A stretch of 64,000 nt of DNA from Macrostomum hystrix (Eukaryota > Animalia > Platyhelminthes): NCBI GenBank assembly GCA_950097015.1, contig CATNEN010000025.1, forward strand, positions 2,232,001-2,296,000, read 5' to 3'. The position numbers were made by a program, and so were the translations under genes. Below are positions 1 to 12,190 of the stretch, in pieces. The notes beneath the pieces were generated by a model. It ran no database searches. It saw nothing but the letters and a program-made list of their open reading frames with translations, and was not told the origin of the DNA. Position 1 is the first letter of the stretch. Every line of letters begins with the position of its first letter.

Positions 1-196
1 ATGACCGGCCAGGTGGTAGGTTTTTCTGCTGATAGCCGCGCTTGACGAATTCGTATTTGGCTCGCAGCCTGTGCAGCTGGCCAACAAAGGTGTAGAAATT
101 ATTATCATAGTCTTCGCACAGTTGGAACTGGCTCGGTATCTTGGTGTTGGCCCCTCTTGCCTGCTTCGGCTCAGCGTCAATGGCACAGTTGGTCAT
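1..196 (-). CDS. Probable first coding exon of an unidentified gene running off the left edge
   Basis: Manual translation from the ATG at 196 gives 65 stop-free codons to the edge (MTNCAIDAEPKQARGANTKIPSQFQLCEDYDNNFYTFVGQLHRLRAKYEFVKRGYQQKNLPPGRS). An acceptor-like AAGCAG lies about 18 nt upstream. It is absent from the ORF track because no stop falls inside the window. Confidence 0.5.
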   Translation of the reverse strand, partial: MTNCAIDAEPKQARGANTKIPSQFQLCEDYDNNFYTFVGQLHRLRAKYEFVKRGYQQKNLPPGRS

Positions 197-499
197 GTGT
201 GTGTTCGCGTGTGCCTGCTTGATTTCCAATGGATTTCTTATACTTTTTAGGTACAATGGCGGACGCCTTCTAGTAGCGATAAATACATTAACTAAACTAG
301 CTGAGCTAAATGCTCAAACTTTTCTGCGCTTTGGCCTTTATTGCGTGAAGTGCTATGCTGTCTATGGTAGCAGTGAGCTCACGGAAACTAGTGAACTCTA
401 GCTGTTAATTCTAATCAATAGTCTGATAATCTATTTTAAAACTTTAGCGTTTGAAATTAGTCAAACCGAGAAGATTTTACCACCCATTCTACCCATTCC

Positions 500-640
500 G
501 GTGACCCTGAGCACACACGCTTACGAGTCGCACACTCGCACAGGTGTATACATCTGCCTGGCTTTCTTATTTTCAGGCAGAGAACATTCTCACTGGGTCT
601 TGGCTGTTGGCCCACATTCGCCCTTGGGAGCGAGAGTCAG
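500..640 (-). mobile_element. SINE family A, diverged 3' fragment
   Basis: CCTGAGCACACAC..CACAGGTGTATACATCTGCC aligns by eye to the copies at 33.8 and 44.2 kb. Confidence 0.6.
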
Positions 641-655
641 ACGGGTTACCGTTTA

Positions 656-3600
656 TCTCTCCCCTCCTCTCCGTCTCTCCCCTCCTCTCCGTCTCTCCCC
701 TCCTCTCCGTCTCTCCCCTCCTCTCCGTCTCTCCCCTCCTCTCCGTCTCTCCCCTCCTCTCCGTCTCTCCCCTCCTCTCCGTCTCTCCCCTCCTCTCCGT
801 CTCTCCCTTCCTCTCCGTCTCACCCTTCCTCTCCGTCTCACCCTTCCTCTCCGGCTCTCCCCTCCTCTCCGTCTCTCCCCTCCTCTCCGTCTCTCCCCTC
901 CTCTCCGTCTCTCCCCTCCTCTCCGTCTCTCCCTTCCTCTCCGACTCACCCTTCCTCTCCGTCTCACCCTTCCTCTCCGGCTCTCCCCTCCTCTCCGTCT
1001 CTCCCCTCCTCTCCGTCTCTCCCCTCCTCTCCGTCTCTCCCCTCCTCTCCGTCTCTCCCTTCCTCTCCGTCTCACCCTTCCTCTCCGCCTCACCCTTCCT
1101 CTCCGGCTCTCCCCTACTCTCCGGCTCTCCCCTCCTCTCCGTCTCTCCCCTCCTCTCCGTCTCTCCCCTCCTCTCCGTCTCACCCTTCCTCTCCGTCTCA
1201 CCCTTCCTCTCAATCTCTCCCCTCCTCTCCATCTCTCCCTTCCTCTCCGTTTCACCCTTCCTCTCCGTCTCTCCCCTACTCTCCGTCTCTCCCTTCCTCT
1301 CCGTCTCTCCCTTCCTCTCCGCCTCACCCTTCCTCTCCGGCTCTCCCCTCCTCTCCGTCTCTCCCCTACTCTCCGTCTCTCCCTTCCTCTCCGTCTCTCC
1401 CTTCCTCTCCGCCTCACCCTTCCTCTCCGTCTCTCCCCTCCTCTCCGTCTCTCCCTTCCTCTCCGTCTCAACCTTCCTCTCCGTCTCACCCTTCCTCTCC
1501 GGCTCTCCCCTCCTCTCCGTCTCTCCCCTCCTCTCCGTCTCTCCCCTCCTCTCCGTCTCACCCTTCCTCTCCGTCTCACCCTTCCTCTCAATCTCTCCCC
1601 TCCTCTCCATCTCTCCCTTCCTCTCCGGCTCTCCCCTACTCTCCGGCTCTCCCCTCCTCTCCGTCTCTCCCCTCCTCTCCGTCTCTCCCCTCCTCTCCGT
1701 CTCACCCTTCCTCTCCGTCTCACCCTTCCTCTCCGTCTCACCCTTCCTCTCAATCTCTCCCCTCCTCTCCATCTCTCCCTTCCTCTCCGTTTCACCCTTC
1801 CTCTCCGTCTCTCCCCTACTCTCCGTCTCTCCCTTCCTCTCCGTCTCTCCCTTCCTCTCCGCCTCACCCTTCCTCTCCGGCTCTCCCCTCCTCTCCGTCT
1901 CTCCCCTACTCTCCGTCTCTCCCTTCCTCTCCGTCTCTCCCTTCCTCTCCGCCTCACCCTTCCTCTCCGTCTCTCCCCTCCTCTCAATCTCTCCCCTCCT
2001 CTCCGTCTCACCCTTCCTCTCCGTCTCACCCTTCCTCTCAATCTCTCCCCTCCTCTCCATCTCTCCCTTCCTCTCCGTTTCACCCTTCCTCTCCGTCTCT
2101 CCCCTACTCTCCGTCTCTCCCTTCCTCTCCGTCTCTCCCCTCCTCTCCGTCTCTCCCTTCCTCTCCGTCTCTCCCTTCCTCTCCGCCTCACCCTTCCTCT
2201 CCGGCTCTCCCCTACTCTCCGTCTCTCCCCTACTCTCCGTCTCTCCCTTCCTCTCCGCCTCACCCTTCCTCTCCGTCTCTCCCCTCCTCTCAATCTCTCC
2301 CTTCCTCTCCGTCTCTCCCTTCCTCTCCGTCTCTCCCCTCCTCTCCGTCTCTCCCTTCCTCTCCGTCTCTCCCTTCCTCTCCGCCTCACCCTTCCTCTCC
2401 GGCTCTCCCCTACTCTCCGTCTCTCCCCTACTCTCCGTCTCTCCCCTCCCCTCAATCTCTCCCCTCCTCTCCATCTCTCCCTTCCTCTCCGTCTCTCCCT
2501 TCCTCTCAATCTCTCCCCTCCTCTCCATCTCTCCCTTCCTCTCCGTCTCTCCCTTCCTCTCCGCCTCACCCTTCCTCTCCGGCTCTCCCCTACTCTCCGT
2601 CTCTCCCCTACTCTCCGTCTCTCCCCTACTCTCCGTCTCTCCCTTCCTCTAAGTCTCTCCCCTCCTCTCCGTCTCTCCCTTCCTCTCCGTCTCACCCTTC
2701 CTCTCCGTCTCTCCCCTCCTCTCCGTCTCTCCCTTCCTCTCCGTCTCTCCCCTCCTCTCCGTCTCTCCCTTCCTCTCCGTCTCTCCCTTCCTCTCCGCCT
2801 CACCCTTCCTCTCCGTCTCTCCCCTCCTCTCCGTCTCTCCCTTCCTCTCCGTCTCAACCTTCCTCTCCGTCTCACCCTTCCTCTCCGTCTCTCCCCTACT
2901 CTCCGTCTCTCCCTTCCTCTCCGCCTCACCCTTCCTCTCCGTCTCTCCCCTCCTCTCAATCTCTCCCTTCCTCTCCGTCTCTCCCTTCCTCTCCGTCTCT
3001 CCCCTCCTCTCCGTCTCTCCCTTCCTCTCCGTCTCTCCCTTCCTCTCCGCCTCACCCTTCCTCTCCGGCTCTCCCCTACTCTCCGTCTCTCCCCTACTCT
3101 CCGTCTCTCCCCTCCCCTCAATCTCTCCCCTCCTCTCCATCTCTCCCTTCCTCTCCGTCTCTCCCTTCCTCTCAATCTCTCCCCTCCTCTCCATCTCTCC
3201 CTTCCTCTCCGTCTCTCCCTTCCTCTCCGCCTCACCCTTCCTCTCCGGCTCTCCCCTACTCTCCGTCTCTCCCCTACTCTCCGTCTCTCCCTTCCTCTAA
3301 GTCTCTCCCCTCCTCTCCGTCTCTCCCTTCCTCTCCGTCTCACCCTTCCTCTCCGTCTCACCCTTCCTCTCCGGCTCTCCCCTCCTCTCCGTCTCTCCCC
3401 TCCTCTCCGTCTCTCCCCTCCTCTCCGTCTCACCCTTCCTCTCCGTCTCACCCTTCCTCTCAATCTCTCCCCTCCTCTCCATCTCTCCCTTCCTCTCCGG
3501 CTCTCCCCTACTCTCCGGCTCTCCCCTCCTCTCCGTCTCTCCCCTCCTCTCCGTCTCTCCCCTCCTCTCCGGCTCTCCCCTCCTCTCCGTCTCTCCCCTC

Positions 3601-4998
3601 CTCTCCGTCTCTCCCTTCCTCTCCGCCTCACCCTTCCTCTCCGGCTCTCCCCTCCTCTCCGTCTCTCCCCTACTCTCCGTCTCTCCCTTCCTCTCCGTCT
3701 CTCCCTTCCTCTCCGCCTCACCCTTCCTCTCCGTCTCTCCCCTCCTCTCAATCTCTCCCCTCCTCTCCGTCTCACCCTTCCTCTCCGTCTCACCCTTCCT
3801 CTCAATCTCTCCCCTCCTCTCCATCTCTCCCTTCCTCTCCGTTTCACCCTTCCTCTCCGTCTCTCCCCTACTCTCCGTCTCTCCCTTCCTCTCCGTCTCT
3901 CCCTTCCTCTCCGCCTCACCCTTCCTCTCCGGCTCTCCCCTACTCTCCGGCTCTCCCCTACTCTCCGTCTCTCCCTTCCTCTCCGCCTCACCCTTCCTCT
4001 CCGTCTCTCCCCTCCTCTCAATCTCTCCCTTCCTCTCCGTCTCTCCCTTCCTCTCCGTCTCTCCCCTCCTCTCCGTCTCTCCCTTCCTCTCCGTCTCTCC
4101 CTTCCTCTCCGCCTCACCCTTCCTCTCCGGCTCTCCCCTACTCTCCGTCTCTCCCCTACTCTCCGTCTCTCCCCTCCCCTCAATCTCTCCCCTCCTCTCC
4201 ATCTCTCCCTTCCTCTCCGTCTCTCCCTTCCTCTCAATCTCTCCCCTCCTCTCCATCTCTCCCTTCCTCTCCGTCTCTCCCTTCCTCTCCGCCTCACCCT
4301 TCCTCTCCGGCTCTCCCCTACTCTCCGTCTCTCCCCTACTCTCCGTCTCTCCCTTCCTCTAAGTCTCTCCCCTCCTCTCCGTCTCTCCCTTCCTCTCCGT
4401 CTCACCCTTCCTCTCCGTCTCTCCCCTCCTCTCCGTCTCTCCCTTCCTCTCCGTCTCTCCCCTCCTCTCCGTCTCTCCCTTCCTCTCCGTCTCTCCCTTC
4501 CTCTCCGCCTCACCCTTCCTCTCCGTCTCTCCCCTCCTCTCCGTCTCTCCCTTCCTCTCCGTCTCAACCTTCCTCTCCGTCTCACCCTTCCTCTCCGTCT
4601 CTCCCCTACTCTCCGTCTCTCCCTTCCTCTCCGCCTCACCCTTCCTCTCCGTCTCTCCCCTCCTCTCAATCTCTCCCTTCCTCTCCGTCTCTCCCTTCCT
4701 CTCCGTCTCTCCCCTCCTCTCCGTCTCTCCCTTCCTCTCCGTCTCTCCCTTCCTCTCCGCCTCTCCCCTACTCTCCGTCTCTCCCCTACTCTCCGTCTCT
4801 CCCCTCCCCTCAATCTCTCCCCTCCTCTCCATCTCTCCCTTCCTCTCCGTCTCTCCCCTCCCCTCAATCTCTCCCCTCCTCTCCATCTCTCCCTTCCTCT
4901 CCGTCTCTCCCTTCCTCTCAATCTCTCCCCTCCTCTCCGTCTCTCCCTTCCTCTCCGTCTCACCCTTCCTCTCAATCTCTCCCCTCCTCTCCGGCTCT
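656..4998. repeat. 18-bp polypyrimidine minisatellite (CTCTCCCCTCCTCTCCGT)n, about 240 units
   Basis: Direct periodicity; the 6-aa repeat appears in every translated frame. Confidence 0.98.
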
Positions 4999-5521
4999 CA
5001 CAACTCTCCGTCTTTCTCCTCCTGTCAGTTTCTCCTTTCCTTTCCCTCTGGATCTCTCACCTTACTTTCTATCCCTCTCTCTCTCTATAATGTCTGTGGA
5101 TTCGAATAATACTATTAATATAATATCCTTAAACTCCTGGTGTAAGAGTGCAGAACCTATACTCAGCCGAGTAATGAGATTTATGACGGAAAGCTCATAT
5201 AAGATGGCATTATGTGAATCGGAAGGACAAACCTCTAGACTTTTTGGAGAATGTTTTCGGACCGTAAATGGGCAGCAACAGCAGCAGCAGCAGCAGCCAC
5301 CCACGCAGGGAGTAGAGAGAGTAAGTTAGAAATTTTATCCGCTAGCAGCAAAACTTTTCCCAAACACTCCCTAACTCAATTTGGTAGTCAAAATGCTGAG
5401 TATAGGATGACATCTAAAGTGTGTCAGTTATACTAGAACTTTTTATAACTGTATTTAGATTTGTTGACCATGAAAAGGTGCAGTCACGTGATAAATTCTA
5501 CGTTTCTTGTATCTGTATTGT

Positions 5522-5852
5522 AATTGAATTGACACGATTCTCTCATGCGTTGTCATTGAATTGACACGATTCTCTCATGCATTGTCATTGAATTGACACG
5601 ATTCTCTCGTGCATTGTCATTGAATTGACACGATTCTCTCATGCGTTGTCATTGAATTGACACGATTCTCTCATGCGTTGTCATTGAATTGACACGATTC
5701 TCTCGTGCATTGTCATTGAATTGACACGATTCTCTCATGCATTGTCATTGAATTGACACGATTCTCTCATGCATTGTCATTGAATTGACACGATTCTCTC
5801 ATGCATTGTCATTGAATTGACACGATTCTCTCGTGGATTGTCATTGAATTGG
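5522..5852. repeat. 32-bp minisatellite (ATTGAATTGACACGATTCTCTCATGCATTGTC)n, about 10 units
   Basis: Direct periodicity of 32. Confidence 0.95.
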
Positions 5853-6515
5853 ATTTATTGTCGTTATTGACACGCTTTTTCGAATTTTATCGAAGAAAGT
5901 GATCAAATCGGATTTTCGTCTCAAAATAAAACGACTTCATCATTTCCCTGAGATGGGAAACTGGGAGTTAAAATTAATTTTAATGCGTGCGCGGATGAAT
6001 GAAAAAAATCTGAAGGGGGAGAGTAGCCTACTCAAACTTGGACTCAAGGCACTGCATTCACTCTGACTTCTGAGTAATAGTTCCACCATAAAGAAGAAAA
6101 AGCAATTTTCTAGCGCCAGAAGAGATGAGCGAGACTTCACTCTCTGGTTGGTTGCTAAGCCCTCCTAACAGCGCTACAGGGTCTGGATGCGGTCGGGTAG
6201 GGGAAGCGGAAAGTACGGCCCTACTCTACCCCAATCCCAGAAGGAGAGCACGCTCGCTTAGTGCCTATTCCCCTCCATCGCCTCCTCTCTGCGTCGGAAC
6301 GCCCCTCCCTCGCCCTCTCGCCCTCTCGCCCTCTCGCCCTCTCGCCATCAAACAGCCGCCCCTCCACCCCCAGTCGCTGGCATACTATACAGCTACTCAA
6401 ACTAGCTCAGACTCAGACTCAGACTCAGACTCAGAACCCATTACACTGAATGCTTCAGGCCAGATAGAATCAGATCCGGGATCTGCTCTCAGTTTTTTTA
6501 ACAAAATAAAATCTA

Positions 6516-8596
6516 ATGGGCGCCGTCCTGTCCTCGCCGTCCAAGTCGAACATCTTTAGCGCCGCCGATTGGAATCAGCTGCGACCGTCGAAATCAACTT
6601 TTAGTCTAAAGGAAAAGGTTGGCGACGGCAATAGAGTCCGCAACGGCCTGTCAAGCCTGTTTCGCAACGGCTTGACCAGCTCTGTGAGCTTTCGCACTCT
6701 CACCGTCGGTTCATCGTCGTCGCGACGAGGCAGTCGCGGCAGTGTTGGCAACGTCGGCGATGATGTCGACAGTGATGGACGTGACTCGGCGGAAGTGACA
6801 GAAGTGGGCGAACAACTGAAGCATTCGCTGACAACGAGGTGATAATCTGGTAGATTGATAGACTGGCTTGTAGATAGATAGATAGACTGGCTGGTAGATA
6901 GATAGACTGGCTGGTAGATAGATAGACTGGCTGGTAGATAGATAGACTGGAAGGTAGATGAATAGACTGGCTGGTAGATAGATAGACTGGAAGGTAGATA
7001 GATAGACTGGCTGGTAGATAGATAGACTGGAAGGTAGATAGATAGACTGGCTTGTAGATAGATAGACTGGAAGGTAGATGAATAGACTGGCTGGTAGATA
7101 GATAGACTGGAAGGTAGATAGATAGACTGGCTGGTAGATAGATCGACTAGAAGGTAGATAGATAGACTGGCTGGTAGATAGATAGACTGGAAGGTAGATT
7201 AATAGACTGGCTGGTAGATAGATAGATAGACTGGAAGGTGGATGAATAGACTGGCTGGTAGATTGATAGACTGGAAGGTAGATAGATAGACTGGCTAGTA
7301 GATAGATAGACTGGAAGGTAAGTAGAAGGACAGGCTGGTAGTTAGATATTCTGGCAGATAGATAGATAGATAGACAGGCTAGTAGATATATAGACTGCGA
7401 GATAATTAGAGAGGCAGGCAGATGGACAGGCAGTTAGATAGACTGGCAGGTAGATAGATGAACTAACTGGTAGAAAAATAGACTGGCACGTAGATAAAGA
7501 GGCAGGTAGATAGACAGGCTGGTAAATAGATAGACTGCCAGGTAGATAGAGAGGCAGGTAGATAGACAGGCAGGTAGATAGATAGACAGGCGGGTAGATA
7601 GACAGGCGGGTAGATAGACAGGCGGGTAGATAGACAGGCTGGTAGATAGACAGACAGGCGGGTAGATAGACAGACAGGCGGGTAGATAGACAAGTCTAAT
7701 TTGACACTCTAAATATTCATTACAGAGAATCCAAAAAAGCACAGATTTCACAGCAGCAGCATCAGCATCAGCAGCATCAGCAACAGCAGCAGTGGCAGCA
7801 GCAGCAGCAAAGAGACTTAATCGAAGCGCCTCAAACAGCGGATCTGACTCCAAGCGGTCATCGCAACAACAGCAGCCATGGCAACTGTAGCCAGCGGCAG
7901 CAACTGAGGGTGATTCCAGCGCCGACTCATTCAGCTACATTTCAAGCAGCTGCCAATCTAAAAAAGTGCAGCTCCTGCTATGCTTTGAAATCGTTTGGGA
8001 CACCGCCTAGACGGCCAGGATCAGCCAGTCAGTGTCAAATCAATCAGAACAATCATCTAAATCAGCAACAAAGATCAAACGCGCCGGCAGAGCTGAAGGA
8101 CCCATCAAATAGCGGCGACAATCGTAGATTAGTTGTTCAAGCGAGTACGGCCGAACTGTTAAAGTGCACATGTACTTTTCTGCATCGCCGCTGTCCTGAC
8201 GCGGTCGGCGACCCAACAGCGGCCGCCGCCTGGATTCGCTCAGTGGACCGCTGCCTCATCCTGCAGGGCTGGGCTGACATGGCCTTTGTGAACCCGCCCA
8301 ATCTGGTATTCTTATTTATGCTGCTAAAAACTGCCGTTGGCAATGACAACAAATGCTTGGTAGCAACCGAGAGACAATTACAATCGGCCGTGTTCGCCTG
8401 TATGTACGTTGCCTATTCCTATATGGGCAACGAAATCAGCTACCCGCTAAAACCCTTCCTAGTTGAAGAGGATCGCGACGCCTTCTGGGATCGATGCCTG
8501 CGCGTGGCCGGCAGCTGCAGTGGGGATATGCTGCGAATGAATTCTGATCCCACATTCTTCATTGACCTCTTCACCGAACTGAAGTCTTACGCCTGA
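6516..8596 (+). CDS. CDK5R1: Cyclin-dependent kinase 5 activator (p35/p39 family), 2 exons: 6516-6838 and 7726-8596
   Basis: The N-terminus MGAVLS matches the myristoylated p35 start. The C-terminal domain has family motifs QASTAELLKC, RSVDRCLILQGW, YMGNEISYPLKPFLVE and FFIDLFTELK. The GAG|GTGATA donor and TTACAG|A acceptor join in frame (phase 2) through a poly-Gln segment into ORF 7910-8596. The symbol denotes the family, not a paralog assignment. Confidence 0.95.
6850..7692. repeat. GATA-derived 20-24-bp repeat (AGACTGGCTGGTAGATAGAT)n filling the p35 intron
   Basis: Tandem units with alternating CTGG/GAAG variants, degenerating toward the acceptor. Confidence 0.93.
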
Positions 8597-8600
8597 GTGC

Positions 8601-9252
8601 GTCTAACCCTCCCTCAGTCTAACCCTCCCTCAGTCTAACCCTCCCTCAGACTAACCCTCCCTCAGTCTAACCCTCCCTCAGTCTAACCCTCCCTCAGTCT
8701 AACCCTCTCCCTCAGTCTAACCCTCCCTCAGTCTAACCCTCCCTCAGTCTAACCCTCCCTCAGTCTAACCCTCCCTCAGTCTAGCCCTCCCTCAGTCTAA
8801 CCCTCCCTCAGTCTAACCCTCCCTCAGTCTAGCCCTCCCTCAGTCTAGCCCTCCCTCAGTCTAACCCTCCCTCAGTCTAACCCTCCCTCAGTCTAACCCT
8901 CCCTCAGTCTAACCCTCCCTCAGTCTAACCCTCCCTCAGTCTAACCCTCCCTCAGTCTAACCCTCCCTCAGTCTAACCCTCCCTCAGTCTAACCCTCCCT
9001 CAGTCTAACCCTCCCTCAGTCTAACCCTCCCTCAGTCTAACCCTCCCTCAGTCTAACCCTCCCTCAGTCTAACCCTCCCTCAGTCTAACCCTCCCTCAGT
9101 CTAACCCTCCCTCAGTCTAGCCCTCCCTCAGTCTAACCCTCCCTCAGTCTAACCCCTCCCTCAGTCTAACCCTCCCTCAGTCTAACCCTCCCTCAGTCTA
9201 ACCCTCCCTCAGTCTAACCCTCTCCCTCAGTCTAACCCACATTCAGTCTAAC
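8601..9252. repeat. 16-bp minisatellite (GTCTAACCCTCCCTCA)n, about 40 units
   Basis: Direct periodicity; begins 4 nt after the p35 stop codon. Confidence 0.97.
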
Positions 9253-9802
9253 CGTTAAAAATATGCAGCGCATAGTTTCCTGCAGTGTATTGTTTAGCTT
9301 TCTCAGAAATACTCAGTTTTTCTCTGCCTATTGTTATGTCGTGTCTAATATTATCATTTTCCCTATTCTTTCACATCAACTAATAGCATATTTTTCATTC
9401 GCTTATAAAAGAAGGTATTTTTAGCTCCCTCGTGTTATTTCATTTGGTTTCGAAATGTCATTAGACTAAAAATGATATATTTCTTCTAGTCTTTGATGAT
9501 AGAATTTTTTGCATCAGCATAGTTATTACCGCGTGCTCAGTGCTCAAAATTTAGATGATTCTGCCATAATTAACTGTAATTTCTATTTAGCAGTCTGGCT
9601 TTTAATTAATACTAAGCCTAATAATGCTTATTGTATGCAGAAACTAATAATAGGCGCTAGATTACGCATGTATTGGTCTCTGGTCTTCAATGAACCGATA
9701 AGTAAACACAGTTAATTATCAGATTGTTCACCTCTAGTTTTTATTTCTTCGAATTATTAAGAATTTCCTAACAGCCTGCGAATTTCTGGACACTTTTTTC
9801 GT

Positions 9803-12190
9803 CCTCTGATCCTTCAGGGTGTCTTCATCCTCCCATCATTCAGGGTGTCTTCATCCTCCCATCATTCAGGGTGTCTTCATCCTCCCATCATTCAGGGTGT
9901 CTTCATCCTCCCATCCTTCAGGGTGTCTTTATCCTCCGATCCTTCAGGGTGTCTTCATCCTCCGATCCTTCAGGGTGTCTTCATCCTCCGATCCTTCAGG
10001 GTGTCTTTATCCACTGATCCTTCAGGGTGTCTTCATCCTCTGATCCTTCAGCGTGTCCTCATCCTCCCATCCTTCACGGTGTCCTCATCCTCCCATCCTT
10101 CAGGGTGTCTTCATCCTCCGATCCTTCAGCGTGTCCTCTTCCTCCCATCTTTCAGGGTGTCTTTATCCTCCGATCCTTCAGTGTGTCTTTATCCACTGAT
10201 CCTTCAGGGTGTCTTCATCCTCTGATCCTTCAGCGTGTCCTCATCCTCCCATCCTTCACGGTGTCCTCATCCTCCCATCCTTCAGGGTGTCTTTATCCTC
10301 CGATCCTTCAGTGTGTCTTTATCCTCCGATCCTTCAGTGTGTCTTTATCCTCCGATCCTTCAGTGTGTCTTTATCCTCCGATCCTTCAGTGTGTCTTTAT
10401 CCTCCGATCCTTCAGTGTGTCTTTATCCTCCGATCCTTCAGTGTGTCTTTATCCACTGATCCTTCAGGGTGTCTTCATCCTCTGATCTTTCAGGGTGTCC
10501 TCATCCTCCCATCCTTCACGGCGTCCTCATCCTCCTATCCTTCAGGATGTCCTCATCCTCCTATCCTTCAGTGTGCATTCATCCTCCCATCATTCAGGGT
10601 GTCTTCATCCTCCCATCCTTCAGGGTGTCTTCATCCTCCGATCCTTCAGCGTGTCTTCTTCCTCCCATCTTTCAGGGTGTCTTTATCCTCCGATCCTTCA
10701 GCGTGTCTTCTTCCTCCCATCTTTCAGGGTGTCTTTATCCTCCGATCCTTCAGCGTGTCTTCTTCCTCCCATCTTTCAGGGTGTCTTTATCCTCCGATCC
10801 TTCAGCGTGTCTTCTTCCTCCCATCTTTCAGGGTGTCTTTATCCTCCGATCCTTCAGCGTGTCTTCTTCCTCCCATCTTTCAGGGTGTCTTTATCCTCCG
10901 ATCCTTCAGCGTGTCTTCTTCCTCCCATCTTTCAGGGTGTCTTTATCCTCCGATCATTCAGCGTGTCTTCTTCCTCCCATCTTTCAGGGTGTCTTTATCC
11001 TCCGATCCTTCAGCGTGTCTTCTTCCTCCCATCATTCAGGGTGTCTTTATCCTCCCATCATTCAGGGTGTCTTCATCCTCCCATCTTTCAGGGTGTCTTT
11101 ATCCTCCGATCCTTCAGCGTGTCTTCTTCCTCCCATCATTCAGGGTGTCTTTATCCTCCCATCATTCAGGGTGTCTTTATCCTCCCATCCTTCAGGGTGT
11201 CTTTATCCTCCCATCATTCAGGGTGTCTTCATCCTCCCATCCTTCAGGGTGTCTTTATCCTCCGATCCTTCAGTGTGTCTTTATCCACTGATCCTTCAGG
11301 GTGTCTTCATCCTCTGATCCTTCAGCGTGTCCTCATCCTCCCATCCTTCACGGTGTCCTCATCCTCCCATCCTTCAGGGTGTCTTCATCCTCCGATCCTT
11401 CAGCGTGTCCTCTTCCTCCCATCTTTCAGGGTGTCTTTATCCTCCGATCCTTCAGTGTGTCTTTATCCACTGATCCTTCAGGGTGTCTTCATCCTCTGAT
11501 CCTTCAGCGTGTCCTCATCCTCCCATCCTTCACGGTGTCCTCATCCTCCCATCCTTCAGGGTGTCTTCATCCTCCGATCCTTCAGCGTGTCCTCTTCCTC
11601 CCATCTTTCAGGGTGTCTTTATCCTCCGATCCTTCAGGGTGTTTTCATTCTCTGATCCTTCAGGGTGTCTTTATCCTCTGATCCTTCAGGGTGTACTCAT
11701 CATCCGATTCTTCAGGGTTACCCTCATCCTCTGATCCTTCAGGATGTACTCATCATCCGATTCTTCAGGGTTACCCTCATCCTCTGATCCGTCAGGGTGT
11801 CCTCATCATCCGATTCTTCAGGGTTACCCTCATCCTCTGATCCTTCAGGGTGTCCTCATCATCCGATTCTTCAGGGTTACCCTCATCCTCTGATCCTTCA
11901 GGGTGTCCTCATCATCCGATTCTTCAGGGTTACCCTCATCCTCTGATCCTTCAGGGTGTCCTCATCATCCGATTCTTCAGGTTGTTTTCATCCTCTGATC
12001 TTTCAGGGTGTCCTCATCATCCGATTCTTCAGGGTTACCCTCATCCTCTGATCCTTCAGGGTGTCCTCATCATCCGATTCTTCAGGGTTACCCTCATCCT
12101 CTGATCCTTCAGGGTGTCCTCATCATCCGATTCTTCAGGTTGTTTTCATCCTCTGATCTTTCAGGGTGTCCTAATCTTCCGATCCTTCAG
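9803..12190. repeat. 26-bp minisatellite (CTTCAGGGTGTCTTCATCCTCCCATC)n with higher-order structure
   Basis: Direct periodicity with 182-bp and 1274-bp offsets between identical ORF translations. Confidence 0.97.

Noticed and set aside
501-5090. Giant ORFs of 1529, 1440, 702 and 651 aa
   Set aside because: They are translations of the 18-bp array, whose unit is a multiple of 3 and lacks stops. The longest starts at a GTG inside a SINE fragment.
6125-6559. 144-aa ORF upstream of p35
   Set aside because: Built from (CTCTCGC)n and (ACTCAG)n microsatellites and overlaps the real p35 start in another frame. Probably 5' UTR or promoter.
8601-9252. Interstitial telomere or chromosome-fusion relic
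   Set aside because: Only 8 nt per 16-bp unit match TTAGGG repeats, and there are no tandem TTAGGG runs.
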